Assembly: GCA_034439715.1 (NCBI GenBank)
Contig: JAWXAY010000003.1
Location: forward strand, 1-25,715
Reading direction: 5' to 3'
Length of the DNA: 25,715 bases
Origin: Pseudomonadota bacterium
GTDB taxonomy: Bacteria; Bdellovibrionota; Bdellovibrionia; Bdellovibrionales; SG-bin7
Position numbers and translations under genes: made by a program. Numbering within the stretch: position 1 is the stretch's first letter; each line of letters begins with the position of its first letter. The notes beneath the pieces were generated by a model, which was not told the DNA's origin, did not search any database, and saw only the letters and a program-made list of their open reading frames with translations. This document shows, one piece after another, positions 1 to 8,342 of the stretch.

Positions 1-82
1 AGACTTGCAAGTCGTGGTGAACAAGTGCCAACACCACTCGAACACGCCCGCAAAACTCGAGCCGCATAGTCAATAACCGCCC

Positions 83-124
83 TTATGACTTGGTTACGGG
101 CATGAAAGAGCGAAAACGTTCCAT
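83..124 (-). CDS. Putative 13-aa small ORF/leader peptide (MERFRSFMPVTKS)
   Basis: ATG at 124 with AGGAGG just upstream and TAA at 85-83; lies downstream of a sigma54-like promoter. Confidence 0.3.
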   Translation of the reverse strand: MERFRSFMPVTKS

Positions 125-210
125 TTTTACCTCCTAAGCAAAGACAAGTTACTCTCCCTTGCGTAGCACAAATGCGCAGAGCAAAAGTAAAAAACACTTC
201 CTTTTTTGAT

Positions 211-227
211 TGCAATAAGGGAGCCAA
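211..227 (-). promoter_or_regulatory. Sigma54 (-24/-12) promoter candidate
   Basis: Minus strand reads TTGGCTCCCTTATTGCA, i.e. TGGC-N7-TTGCA with the correct GG-N10-GC spacing. Confidence 0.55.
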
Positions 228-311
228 GTTACGGAACGATTGAGCGCGCTGCGCATTGGTCTGCTGAAGCTCGATACTGTCGGTTAAACGAGTGACACTG
301 GTAGTGGCAAG

Positions 312-659
312 TTACCTAAATTTACAATTATAGTACCGTCCCGGAGGCAAACTCCCTCTTATAACTAAAATATCGACTGTCTTTGAAGCGCTATCTTCTC
401 TTAGAGAAATACCATTTCCTTCAAAAATACCATTTGCACTTTGAATTAATGCATAGGTGCCGTAGCTGCCTTCAACGAGGTAACAAGCCGAATCCAAACA
501 TTGAATGCCGGAAAGTTGAAAGGCAGTATCTTTTTGCATCATTAAAATTCTATTTCGACCATTCTGACATTCGTAGAGATTCTTCCAATTATCGGCTGAT
601 CCAAGTGAAGGAATGAAAAAAACAAAAAAAGAAAATACTAAACTTGAATACTTGCTCAT
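312..659 (-). CDS. Small secreted hypothetical protein
   Basis: 115-aa ORF with hydrophobic signal peptide, four Cys and AGGAG RBS. Confidence 0.7.
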   Translation of the reverse strand: MSKYSSLVFSFFVFFIPSLGSADNWKNLYECQNGRNRILMMQKDTAFQLSGIQCLDSACYLVEGSYGTYALIQSANGIFEGNGISLREDSASKTVDILVIRGSLPPGRYYNCKFR

Positions 660-768
660 CGAAATGCTCCTTTAAATGAGAATTCTCCTACAACCAGTAG
701 GCGATGTTTACTCTGGGCGCAACGAATTAATGAATATCAGTATCATAACTAAAATTTATGATTAGGTT

Positions 769-1251
769 CTACTTTAGCGAGCGCAAGCATTTTGCTATTT
801 GCCGCTCGAGCGTAGTTTCAATGGACTGTTGGCGTCTCACAAGAAACACACTTTGAAGGCTTTTTCTCTTCGGCATTGGCACCTCAAGCTCCTTAAGTCT
901 AAAATCAGGTTTTGTGCTTTCGTTGTGAAGATCGACTACAAATTCTGGGAGGTAAGCAACGGCGTAACCTCCGCGGCAAAGTTCTAACGCTGATTCCATC
1001 ATGGTGACTCGAAATTTAACTTGTCTAGGAATTTTATGGTCAGGCCATCCATCTAACCCAATAACTTTTGACGGAGTGCCTTCCGTTGGTAAAAGTGGAA
1101 TTGCAAATGGCAGCAATTCAAAAGCATGCCCCTTAAAATTGTCGAGTCGTCCAAAAACCCCCATTCGGATCTTTGCGACTTCAACAAACTCAACGCCGGA
1201 TTTGGGGATTGGAGCATATGTAATTCCGATATGCCATGACTCTGACCTCAA
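769..1251 (-). pseudogene. 5'-truncated LysR-family regulator (substrate-binding domain only)
   Basis: IGITYAP...ESALELCRGGYAVAYLPEFVV resembles the LysR C-terminal domain; no HTH, and an in-frame stop lies a few codons upstream. Confidence 0.65.
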
Positions 1252-1398
1252 TCGCCCTAAATATTTAAATTAAATCCAACACGACATCTTTTCTGACATA
1301 TAGGGGCCCCTCCACCAACACCCCTTCAAACTTCTCTAGCGGCTGTAATACCGCCAGGTATTGCATACAACACTCTTTCTCTCTTCTAATATAATACC

Positions 1399-1441
1399 TT
1401 GCACTAATATACGATATATTGTATACATATACTTGTATGTA
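1399..1441 (+). promoter_or_regulatory. Promoter and palindromic operators of the HigBA-like operon
   Basis: TTGCAC-17-TATACA; inverted repeats TATAC-N8-GTATA (1408-1425) and TACATA-N6-TATGTA (1424-1441). Confidence 0.5.
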
Positions 1442-1451
1442 GGGGGACGTT

Positions 1452-1769
1452 TTGTCGTTAAAAGAAGTTGTTTGGCTGGGTAACAGTAAAGAAACCTTAA
1501 GCGAGTTCCCACCTGCCATTAGAGAGGATCTTGGCTTTCAACTTTACAGAGTACAACAAGGCAAGATGCCTTTAAGAAGCCGTCCCATGAAAAGTATTGG
1601 CAGCGGGGTATTTGAACTGAAGGAGCAAGACCATCAAGGCTGGTATAGGGTTATTTACACGATTCAAGTGAAGAACAAAATTTATGTCCTTCACTGCTTT
1701 AAAAAACAAAGTGCAAAGACTCCAAACGCTGACCTTGAACTTGCCAAAAATAGGTTAAAGAAAATTTAA
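1452..1769 (+). CDS. RelE/ParE-family (HigB/Gp49-like) toxin
   Basis: GSGVFELK...YRVIY...IYVLHCFKKQSAKTP motifs; precedes an HTH gene. Confidence 0.9.
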   Translation: MSLKEVVWLGNSKETLSEFPPAIREDLGFQLYRVQQGKMPLRSRPMKSIGSGVFELKEQDHQGWYRVIYTIQVKNKIYVLHCFKKQSAKTPNADLELAKNRLKKI

Positions 1770-1781
1770 TAGGAGGTACTT

Positions 1782-2063
1782 ATGAAAAAAAATAAATCTG
1801 TTTTCCACGATATGGGTTTTAGCGAGCAAGAGAGCTTAACCCTGACTGTTAAGGCAGACATTTACGGTAAAATTCTTGATGTTGTTGAAAAGCAAAAAAT
1901 TAAACCCCGTGATCTTGAAAAAATACTCGATGTACCACAACCACGAGTTAGCGAACTTTTACGAGGAAAAATGTCTTCTTTGAGTATTGAAAAGTTACTG
2001 TCTTACCTTGAAAAGATGGGTGTTCAAACATCCGTTTCATTTAAGACAAAAAGGGCGAGCTGA
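1782..2063 (+). CDS. XRE-family HTH antitoxin (HigA-like)
   Basis: LDVPQPRVSELLRGKMSSLSIEKL HTH; AGGAGG RBS; toxin-first gene order. Confidence 0.9.
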   Translation: MKKNKSVFHDMGFSEQESLTLTVKADIYGKILDVVEKQKIKPRDLEKILDVPQPRVSELLRGKMSSLSIEKLLSYLEKMGVQTSVSFKTKRAS

Positions 2064-2079
2064 GTTCTCCCCTTTTTGT
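2046..2079 (+). terminator. Hairpin overlapping the antitoxin stop codon
   Basis: ACAAAAAGGG...CCCTTTTTGT inverted repeat. Confidence 0.55.
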
Positions 2080-2081
2080 TT

Positions 2082-2116
2082 GACGAGGCCATGAGTCCGC
2101 AAGACCAAGCCTCGTC
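2082..2116. repeat. REP-like repeat, copy 1
   Basis: GACGAGGC-CATGAGTCCGCAAGACCAA-GCCTCGTC hairpin; related to copies at 3518, 3963 and 5049/5088. Confidence 0.6.
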
Positions 2117-2289
2117 CTCTGACACTTCTTCAAGAGTGGTGCCACAGCTCTAAAGGCCTTAGATTGATCTATTCAGCTTTGTCCGGCCGCTTAGCAGACG
2201 AGGAGGCTTCCCAGAGGAAAAGCATTGGGTGTTTGACTTTTAGAATCACTTAAAAGACCATTAAAGGATAATCAGTTCGGGGAGGTTTC

Positions 2290-2637
2290 ATGCGGTTTTC
2301 TATTTTACTAATACTCTTTTTGTCGACGTCGTCTTTTGCTGCTACCGAAAGGGAAGACGTCCGATCTGTCGTTAAGGAACATTTGAAAGATGTTAAAATT
2401 TGTTATTCAGAAGCATTAGCTAAAAAGCCTGAAATTGAAGGTAAAGTTGTAGTTGACTGGACAGTCAGTGATACTGGAGCTGTTACGAAAGTTTCTATAA
2501 ACGACGCAAAGACGACGTTAAAAGATTTAGAAGTTCAATCATGCATTACGGAGAAATTTAAATCATGGAAATTTCCCCCGGCCCAGAAGGACCAAGTAAT
2601 CACTGTATCCTATCCGTTTGTCTTTACCCGAGATTAG
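2290..2637 (+). CDS. Secreted AgmX/PglI (TonB C-terminal-like) domain protein
   Basis: Signal peptide; CYSEAL..KPEIEGKVVVDWTV...CI...WKFP...VSYPFVF pattern. Confidence 0.85.
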   Translation: MRFSILLILFLSTSSFAATEREDVRSVVKEHLKDVKICYSEALAKKPEIEGKVVVDWTVSDTGAVTKVSINDAKTTLKDLEVQSCITEKFKSWKFPPAQKDQVITVSYPFVFTRD

Positions 2638-2662
2638 AAAAATCTAAGATTAGGAATTAAAA

Positions 2663-2965
2663 ATGGTTCGACGTATTCTAATGACAGCAATTGCGATGGT
2701 TTACTTAAGCTTGCTTGGCTGCGCTTCAACCATGAAAGCAGTCACTCTTAAAAGAGCAACCTTTGATTTGGATTGCCCCGAAGACCAGCTTCAAATTCAA
2801 GAGCTCACTACAGATACCTGGGGCGTAAAAGGTTGTGGCAGGAGAGCAACATATATAATTGAAGGTGACTGTTGGATTGAGAACTCCTGCAGAGCAATTA
2901 TGAACAGCGGGGAAACGAAGGATGAAAAAAACCCTGATCTCATTACCAACGCCACCGCAACGTAA
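2663..2965 (+). CDS. Small Cys-rich lipoprotein
   Basis: Lipobox LLGC; RATFDLDC...GVKGCGRRATY. Confidence 0.75.
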   Translation: MVRRILMTAIAMVYLSLLGCASTMKAVTLKRATFDLDCPEDQLQIQELTTDTWGVKGCGRRATYIIEGDCWIENSCRAIMNSGETKDEKNPDLITNATAT

Positions 2966-3081
2966 CTTCCGTTTTCCCTATCCCCCGAATCACCCACCAT
3001 GCCTTTCTCAGCTGGCCCTGCGCTTGCATTCTTTTTCCCTCTATATAGAGCTTCATTATATTCGAATCCATAGGGGAAATA

Positions 3082-3531
3082 TTGCAAAATATACAAGCTA
3101 CGTTCGCCCCAGAGACCAAAAATGCAAACGGCTATGTGCTTAAAAGAACTGTTGAAGGTTACCAGTTTGAGCACAGACTCGTAGCAGAGGAAATTTTAGG
3201 GTTTCGCCTACCTCCATTTGAACACGTCCACCATATTAATTTTGATAAAATGGATAACAGTCCAGAAAATTTATGTGTAATGAATGATGAAGATCATTTA
3301 ACTTTTCATAAGATGCTCAGAATCTACAAAAGGGCCTTTAAGAGTTTGCCACACCCAATAACCCAGTTGCGGCTACTGAAAGAGCAATTCAATGGTGTTT
3401 TACTCTGCGAAGCAAAACAAACGCAAGTAGGCATGGTGGAATTTGCTCGAGCTAGAATTGTTCAGCTAAAAAAAAACAAAGATCGTTGGACAAAAACGGT
3501 TAATTCTCTTCGCTATCGACGAGGCACTTGA
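3082..3531 (+). CDS. HNH endonuclease-domain protein
   Basis: EHRLVAE...VHHINFDKMDNSPENL motif; start codon uncertain. Confidence 0.8.
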   Translation: MQNIQATFAPETKNANGYVLKRTVEGYQFEHRLVAEEILGFRLPPFEHVHHINFDKMDNSPENLCVMNDEDHLTFHKMLRIYKRAFKSLPHPITQLRLLKEQFNGVLLCEAKQTQVGMVEFARARIVQLKKNKDRWTKTVNSLRYRRGT

Positions 3532-3547
3532 GTCCGCAGTCGCTTGG
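3518..3547. repeat. REP-like repeat, copy 2
   Basis: GACGAGGCACTTGAGTCCGCAGTCGCTTGG; contains the HNH stop codon. Confidence 0.65.
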
Positions 3548-3601
3548 CTGTCCTTTTTTTGACCATGAATAATTTCTTTGATGACCGGTGCCCATTGACA
3601 G

Positions 3602-3955
3602 ATGCACTCCTTTGGAAAACAATTACGTATGACACTAAACTTTTATGAGATGGGCACTTTCATATGCCTAGATGGCGCTGCAAAGACCAAAGGATTAAAG
3701 CCCTCTCAGATTAAAGTGTGTTTTGTCACCAGAGATCAAAAATTATTGATCGATATTTTAACGAAATTATCTGAACAACCTGACTGCTATTTTGTTAAAT
3801 ATTCGAAAGTACCAAAAGATGAAATGTTCCTTGGTAGATGCTTTTTTACCGCCGCAGAAAAAGCCGGAGGTGTGTGGGCTGAATTTAAGTCACATCCAAA
3901 ACTAATGGTCCACCTTCAGGACGATACTTTCGCTGCAAACTTTAGATCCAGATAG
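3602..3955 (+). CDS. Hypothetical protein
   Basis: 117-aa ORF, true start possibly a downstream Met; bracketed by repeat copies 2 and 3. Confidence 0.6.
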   Translation: MHSFGKQLRMTLNFYEMGTFICLDGAAKTKGLKPSQIKVCFVTRDQKLLIDILTKLSEQPDCYFVKYSKVPKDEMFLGRCFFTAAEKAGGVWAEFKSHPKLMVHLQDDTFAANFRSR

Positions 3956-3962
3956 GCAATCC

Positions 3963-3991
3963 GACGAGGCCATAAGTCCGCAGTCGCTTGG
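3963..3991. repeat. REP-like repeat, copy 3
   Basis: GACGAGGCCATAAGTCCGCAGTCGCTTGG; 17 nt identical to copy 2. Confidence 0.65.
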
Positions 3992-4054
3992 ATGGCCCTT
4001 CTTTCAGTGCCAGCCCGGTATGAATCTGGATAATAATCTTTTGGATTTAGAAAA

Positions 4055-4906
4055 TTAAGGATTCAAGCGACTTACTTTTTCGATCCAGTTATCGAGTTCC
4101 TTGAGTACATCGTTTAAATTTTTAACGTCCGTTTTATAATAACCTGCTCGAAGTCTATTGCCTGATAACTCTTTCGCGGCGTTGAAGGTTTGGACAGAGT
4201 TCTCGACAAGTGCCTTTGTTACCATTACGTTTTGCGCCTTCTCAGCGCTGTACCAACCTTCAAAGCTGAGAGGCTGAATACCTAATTCGCGAACGCAGTC
4301 TTCTAGATAATATTTATGAGCGAGTCCAAAAACGATCAGGACAGGCCCTTTAGAAAATTTTTCTTTTTGCCTTTTTATATTCTCGCAAATATGCGCATCC
4401 CGTTTTCGGAGCGCCGTAAGTCCGTGACTAGCCATTATGTCATATCTTTTACGAATTATATTTTGGGTGTCAGGACTTTGAGATTCAACGAGAGAGCTAA
4501 TACTTCTTTTGAAATGATCAAAAAGAGGCTGAATTTCCTTTTTGAAAGTTTTTGCCTTTTCGTAATTCTGATCATTTTCCAAATTGTACTCATCGTTATG
4601 CCAGTCTACCGGCACCACCTGCGCACCAGACTCTTTGGCGTAAGCGTAGACAATGCTTTGCTCGACTGCCCCATGTATAACGCCATCGATGGCATCGAAA
4701 TATTCTGGACGTACTTCGGTTAAAATAAGAGTGGGTTTGTAAATATAAAGAACAGAAATGAAATCGTGAAGAGTATAGTTTGGCTCGTCCAGCATGGCAC
4801 CATGAATTGATCCCAGTACATAAACTGCGGGCGGTCTATCTTTTACGGTAAGACCGGTGCAACTCAAAAGAAAACTTAAAGCAAAAACAAAGCAAAACGA
4901 TTTCAT
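4055..4906 (-). CDS. Lipoprotein, possibly TraB/GumN/ChaN-like fold
   Basis: Lipobox LLSC; VYVLGSIH...ILTE...R...VLIVFGLAH pattern; ATG at 4906 preferred. Confidence 0.6.
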   Translation of the reverse strand: MKSFCFVFALSFLLSCTGLTVKDRPPAVYVLGSIHGAMLDEPNYTLHDFISVLYIYKPTLILTEVRPEYFDAIDGVIHGAVEQSIVYAYAKESGAQVVPVDWHNDEYNLENDQNYEKAKTFKKEIQPLFDHFKRSISSLVESQSPDTQNIIRKRYDIMASHGLTALRKRDAHICENIKRQKEKFSKGPVLIVFGLAHKYYLEDCVRELGIQPLSFEGWYSAEKAQNVMVTKALVENSVQTFNAAKELSGNRLRAGYYKTDVKNLNDVLKELDNWIEKVSRLNP

Positions 4907-5051
4907 GGCACTCAAAACTTATCGGGCAGTAACTCTTTGGTCAATTTCAATCAACTGTTAGTTTTAGCATCCACTTGTTGGAACAAGATTCTACATTTTT
5001 ATTTCTGGGAAGGGGTCATCCAAAAACAACTGGTTTAACAGCCCTGGTATC

Positions 5052-5156
5052 CGACAAGCCATAAGGAGCGCCGCGCGCTAAGCTGCCGACGAGGCAGGAA
5101 GCGGGAGTGCGGGACGCACGGGAGCTGAACTAGCGCGCAAGCTCCGAAGCTTGTCG
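5052..5156. repeat. About 105-nt nested imperfect palindrome (REP/MITE-like)
   Basis: Nested arms CGACAAGC/GCTTGTCG, GGAGC/GCTCC and GCGCGCTA/TAGCGCGC; GC-rich in AT-rich context. Confidence 0.7.
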
Positions 5157-5158
5157 AC

Positions 5159-5851
5159 CTATATCGGATTTAAAAGGTCCCGCGTGTTATTCCTCACCGA
5201 ATTCACCATCGTTGACACCTCCACCGCCACCGCCACCATCTTCCCCGCCGCACATGGCTTTAGCAACTTCTGTAAACTCTCGATGTTCTCATTTTCCGGA
5301 TCTAACCACTGATCTATATCTTGGTCTTTTAAAATTACCGGTATCCGGTCGTGGATACTCTCCATTAATGAATTAGCACTTGTCGTAATGATAGAAAACG
5401 AATCTACCACTTCCCCGTCGTCTTTACTCTCCCAATGCTCCCACACCCCTGCTACACTTAGTATATTTTGATCTTTTAATGATATCGCAAATGGCCTTTT
5501 TTTATCTTTTGTCCTCTTCCACTCATAAAATCCACTTAGCGGAATGATACATCGTCTTTTTTTAAAGGGTGTCTTGTACGTACGCTTCTCTGTAATCTCC
5601 TCACCCCTCGCGTTTATTAGACTGTACTTTGCCGCACTTTTAATGTCTTTTGCCCACTGGGGAACAAGGCCCCATCTAAAAAGCTCTATTGTCTTTTTAT
5701 TATCTCGGATAAGAACTATTGGGGACGTCTGAGTCGGCGCCATGTTGTAATTGGGCTTAAGATCTCTTAATAAAGGAAGCCGTACGGTTTTACTTAAGTA
5801 CCGCATTTCTAACTCTTCATCGGTGTAAGTTTCATAAGCTCTGCCGCACAT
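5159..5851 (-). CDS. SOS response-associated peptidase (SRAP/YedK/HMCES family)
   Basis: N-terminal MCGR (start at 5851), WGLVPQW, INARGE, GFYEW, HDRIPVIL. Confidence 0.95.
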   Translation of the reverse strand: MCGRAYETYTDEELEMRYLSKTVRLPLLRDLKPNYNMAPTQTSPIVLIRDNKKTIELFRWGLVPQWAKDIKSAAKYSLINARGEEITEKRTYKTPFKKRRCIIPLSGFYEWKRTKDKKRPFAISLKDQNILSVAGVWEHWESKDDGEVVDSFSIITTSANSLMESIHDRIPVILKDQDIDQWLDPENENIESLQKLLKPCAAGKMVAVAVEVSTMVNSVRNNTRDLLNPI

Positions 5852-6027
5852 TTTGAGCCTCATTGTTAGGTGTGTTTGGTAAATTTGATTTTTCAAGCTT
5901 AAGACGTTTATCGACATTTATTAATATTTGAAAAATCCTTACGAGAGATTGAGTTTCTTCTGGGTTTAGCGTGAAGTTGTTAATTGAGTCTGTCTCATTC
6001 ATGGCTTACCCTTCTCAGCATACAACT

Positions 6028-6801
6028 TTATTTAATAATATCCTTAACCGCCGTTTTTATCTTTTCAGGTAAAATACAAATCTTACCATTCCCAATTTTA
6101 GCAATTGCCAAACCGACATCTTTATCGCTAGTTACAATTGCATCAAATTTTGAGCACAAAAACATATTAACGATCATTGCATCTGAGCTGGATAACCCTT
6201 GGCTTTCCATAATCTTAATTGCATCTGCCCAGTCTGGAGCCTTGTCTAGATGCTTCGTTGTATCTTCGTTTTGCGTACTAAGTATATTTAAACCCAGCTC
6301 ATCCTCTGCATCTGTCCAGACCCCCGTTAACTTGTTTCCTACGCGATTTTCACAAAGCTCAGTCCACAAATCTTTTTTTTCAAATTCTATCTGCAACATC
6401 TCGATTTTATATTCTTTTAGCTCAGCCTCACCTAAACGAATAGGTGGTTTTAACTCTCTTTTGTTCTTGTTACTTTTCGCTCTCAGGGAGCCAAGTTTAT
6501 TTGAAAACTCAATGGGCAAGAGATTTTTATCTACTAAAGATTCCAAATCAAGCAGAGATTCCGTAAAGATAATTCTTCTGTGAATCTCAAGGAACTCCAT
6601 TTTAACATTGGAATTATAATAGAGAGGAATTTTATTTTCAAAAACCATATCTAAGAATTCAATCGTTGGCTCATAAAACGAATCAGAATCATAGGTGGCA
6701 GAGATTAAAACATTGGTATCTACAACCAAACCGCTTTTTAGATTCGATCGTTCTTCCAGTAACGTCAGTAAATCACTATACCCCCAAACATTCGACATCA
6801 A
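6028..6801 (-). CDS. PIN-domain nuclease (large, 257 aa)
   Basis: VVDTNVLI, conserved E, SSDAMI, IVTSDKD acidic PIN residues. Confidence 0.85.
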   Translation of the reverse strand: MMSNVWGYSDLLTLLEERSNLKSGLVVDTNVLISATYDSDSFYEPTIEFLDMVFENKIPLYYNSNVKMEFLEIHRRIIFTESLLDLESLVDKNLLPIEFSNKLGSLRAKSNKNKRELKPPIRLGEAELKEYKIEMLQIEFEKKDLWTELCENRVGNKLTGVWTDAEDELGLNILSTQNEDTTKHLDKAPDWADAIKIMESQGLSSSDAMIVNMFLCSKFDAIVTSDKDVGLAIAKIGNGKICILPEKIKTAVKDIIK

Positions 6802-6983
6802 ATATCCAGATCAGATTTTGGTTTAGCCGACTTCTTGTTGGGAACTGATTTGGGACTCTGGTTGGCCTTCTCAATAATATCAAAAATATTTTTAGAGAGC
6901 GGTTCCCTTCGCATGGCTGCAATCTTTTGAGCAACGCGTTTTGCTCCGCCCTTTTTGCCTATCTTAGGTTTTTGGTCTGCCAT
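6798..6983 (-). CDS. Small basic protein, candidate antitoxin/partner of PIN
   Basis: 61 aa, AGGAG RBS, 4-nt overlap with the PIN gene. Confidence 0.55.
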   Translation of the reverse strand: MADQKPKIGKKGGAKRVAQKIAAMRREPLSKNIFDIIEKANQSPKSVPNKKSAKPKSDLDI

Positions 6984-7048
6984 TTTAAAACTCCTTGTTA
7001 CCTAATCAATATACCATAAAATCCATGACGCCAAACATACTGAATTTA

Positions 7049-8341
7049 CTATGTATTTTTAAGCAAGACGTCCACCGAATAGGACTCTGACCTAGGATAT
7101 TTTTTTATCACTACACATTGCCCGACTTCAAGAGATTTAATCATGTTTGGGTGAATGTTAAATTCCTCAGTTTCCCTTGATGAATTGTCTCCAGTCGCAA
7201 CATCCCACCACAGTATCCGCTTTGTTCGTAATGTCTTTTTCCATACGGTCCTTGTCCCTGCAATCCCCGATATTATCTCTGCACTCTCGGGGCGCTTTTG
7301 TAAGAATGCATAGAGGGTTGAAGTGTTTCCCATAAGCCTTCCGGCAAATTCAGGACTGATACGAATTAGATCAGACAGCTCCTGATGTGCCACTACTACA
7401 CCAATTTTAGAACTTCGTGCCCGATCTAAAAAGCCAATAAAATCTTCTTGGGCAAGGTCTGCGAACTCATCGATGATGACAGTAAAGGGTTTGCGTAACT
7501 CTTTCGGGATTTCGGAGTCGATCCTTGCGGATGTAGATTTCAGGTCTTGAAGGATAAACTTTCCTATTGCCTTGGAGCTCTCTCCGTACCGCCTTGAGTC
7601 TAAAAAAGCGAATACAATTTTACCTTCGGTAGCTGCTCTAAATAAATCAATGGAATCTTCGGAGCCAGCAATCTTATCTCCAAAGTCAGATAATACAAGT
7701 GACTCTAATTGTGTGCGAAGCCCCTGAAGAGAGCGAAAGTTTTGTTCATCTTTTATAAACCTTAGGGCTTCATCAAAAATCTTCGAAGTACTTTGATCAG
7801 CAATCTCTTTTAGCCATACCTTAAAGAAGTCAGCTGATTTTGTCCCTTCAAGTATTACCTCCAAATCAAAGGGCACATTCTTATTATCTCTAAGCCAACA
7901 AAGTCCTATTAGAAGCTTCAACAGAAAACTTGCCGATTGATTCTTGTAGTACTCCTCACTCCAGCAAAGGGACAGCATTAACCTGTCCCGGAGCTGGGTG
8001 GCGGTCCCGCCACTTACTAAGTTGTACTTTGAAGATGGCACATCCTGATTTAAGGAAAACACTCTTAAATCTTCCTCGCGATTAGCTTTTTGAACTTCGT
8101 CCTTTAGTTCGCGAAGCATTTCACGTTCACCCTTTAAATCAATAAACATTATTCCAAGCCCATTTCGAATGCGATCCCGTAAAATATGCATCAGCAGGAC
8201 TGTCTTTCCAAAACCACTGGCGCCCACTATGTGCACATGATGATTAAGTTGTGAGTCTGTGAGCCTTTCAAAACCTAAAAGTTTATTCTTTTTTTTCCCA
8301 AGTAAGATTCCTTCCTTATTTCCAAAAGAAGTTCCCAGCAT
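7049..8341 (-). CDS. TraD/VirD4-like type IV coupling ATPase lacking TM anchor (copy A)
   Basis: Walker A GASGFGKT, FIDLKG, Walker B IIDEFA, RARS..VVVAHQ. Confidence 0.85.
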   Translation of the reverse strand: MLGTSFGNKEGILLGKKKNKLLGFERLTDSQLNHHVHIVGASGFGKTVLLMHILRDRIRNGLGIMFIDLKGEREMLRELKDEVQKANREEDLRVFSLNQDVPSSKYNLVSGGTATQLRDRLMLSLCWSEEYYKNQSASFLLKLLIGLCWLRDNKNVPFDLEVILEGTKSADFFKVWLKEIADQSTSKIFDEALRFIKDEQNFRSLQGLRTQLESLVLSDFGDKIAGSEDSIDLFRAATEGKIVFAFLDSRRYGESSKAIGKFILQDLKSTSARIDSEIPKELRKPFTVIIDEFADLAQEDFIGFLDRARSSKIGVVVAHQELSDLIRISPEFAGRLMGNTSTLYAFLQKRPESAEIISGIAGTRTVWKKTLRTKRILWWDVATGDNSSRETEEFNIHPNMIKSLEVGQCVVIKKYPRSESYSVDVLLKNT

Positions 8342-8342
8342 T

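Noticed and set aside
1265..1519. 84-aa minus-strand ORF
   Set aside because: Overlaps the HigB-like start and promoter; no motif support.
2082..5156. Canonical integron attC array
   Set aside because: Repeats lack RYYYAAC...GTTRRRY ends and neither integrase shows an evident IntI-specific insertion.
5852..5917. N-terminal extension of SRAP in the ORF track
   Set aside because: The family requires Cys at position 2, so the start is the MCGR ATG at 5851.
5984..6583. 199-aa plus-strand ORF and similar shadow ORFs (e.g. 4316..4723, 8862..9194, 21676..22023, 22067..22405, 2797..3174)
   Set aside because: Antisense to well-supported genes, with no recognisable motifs.
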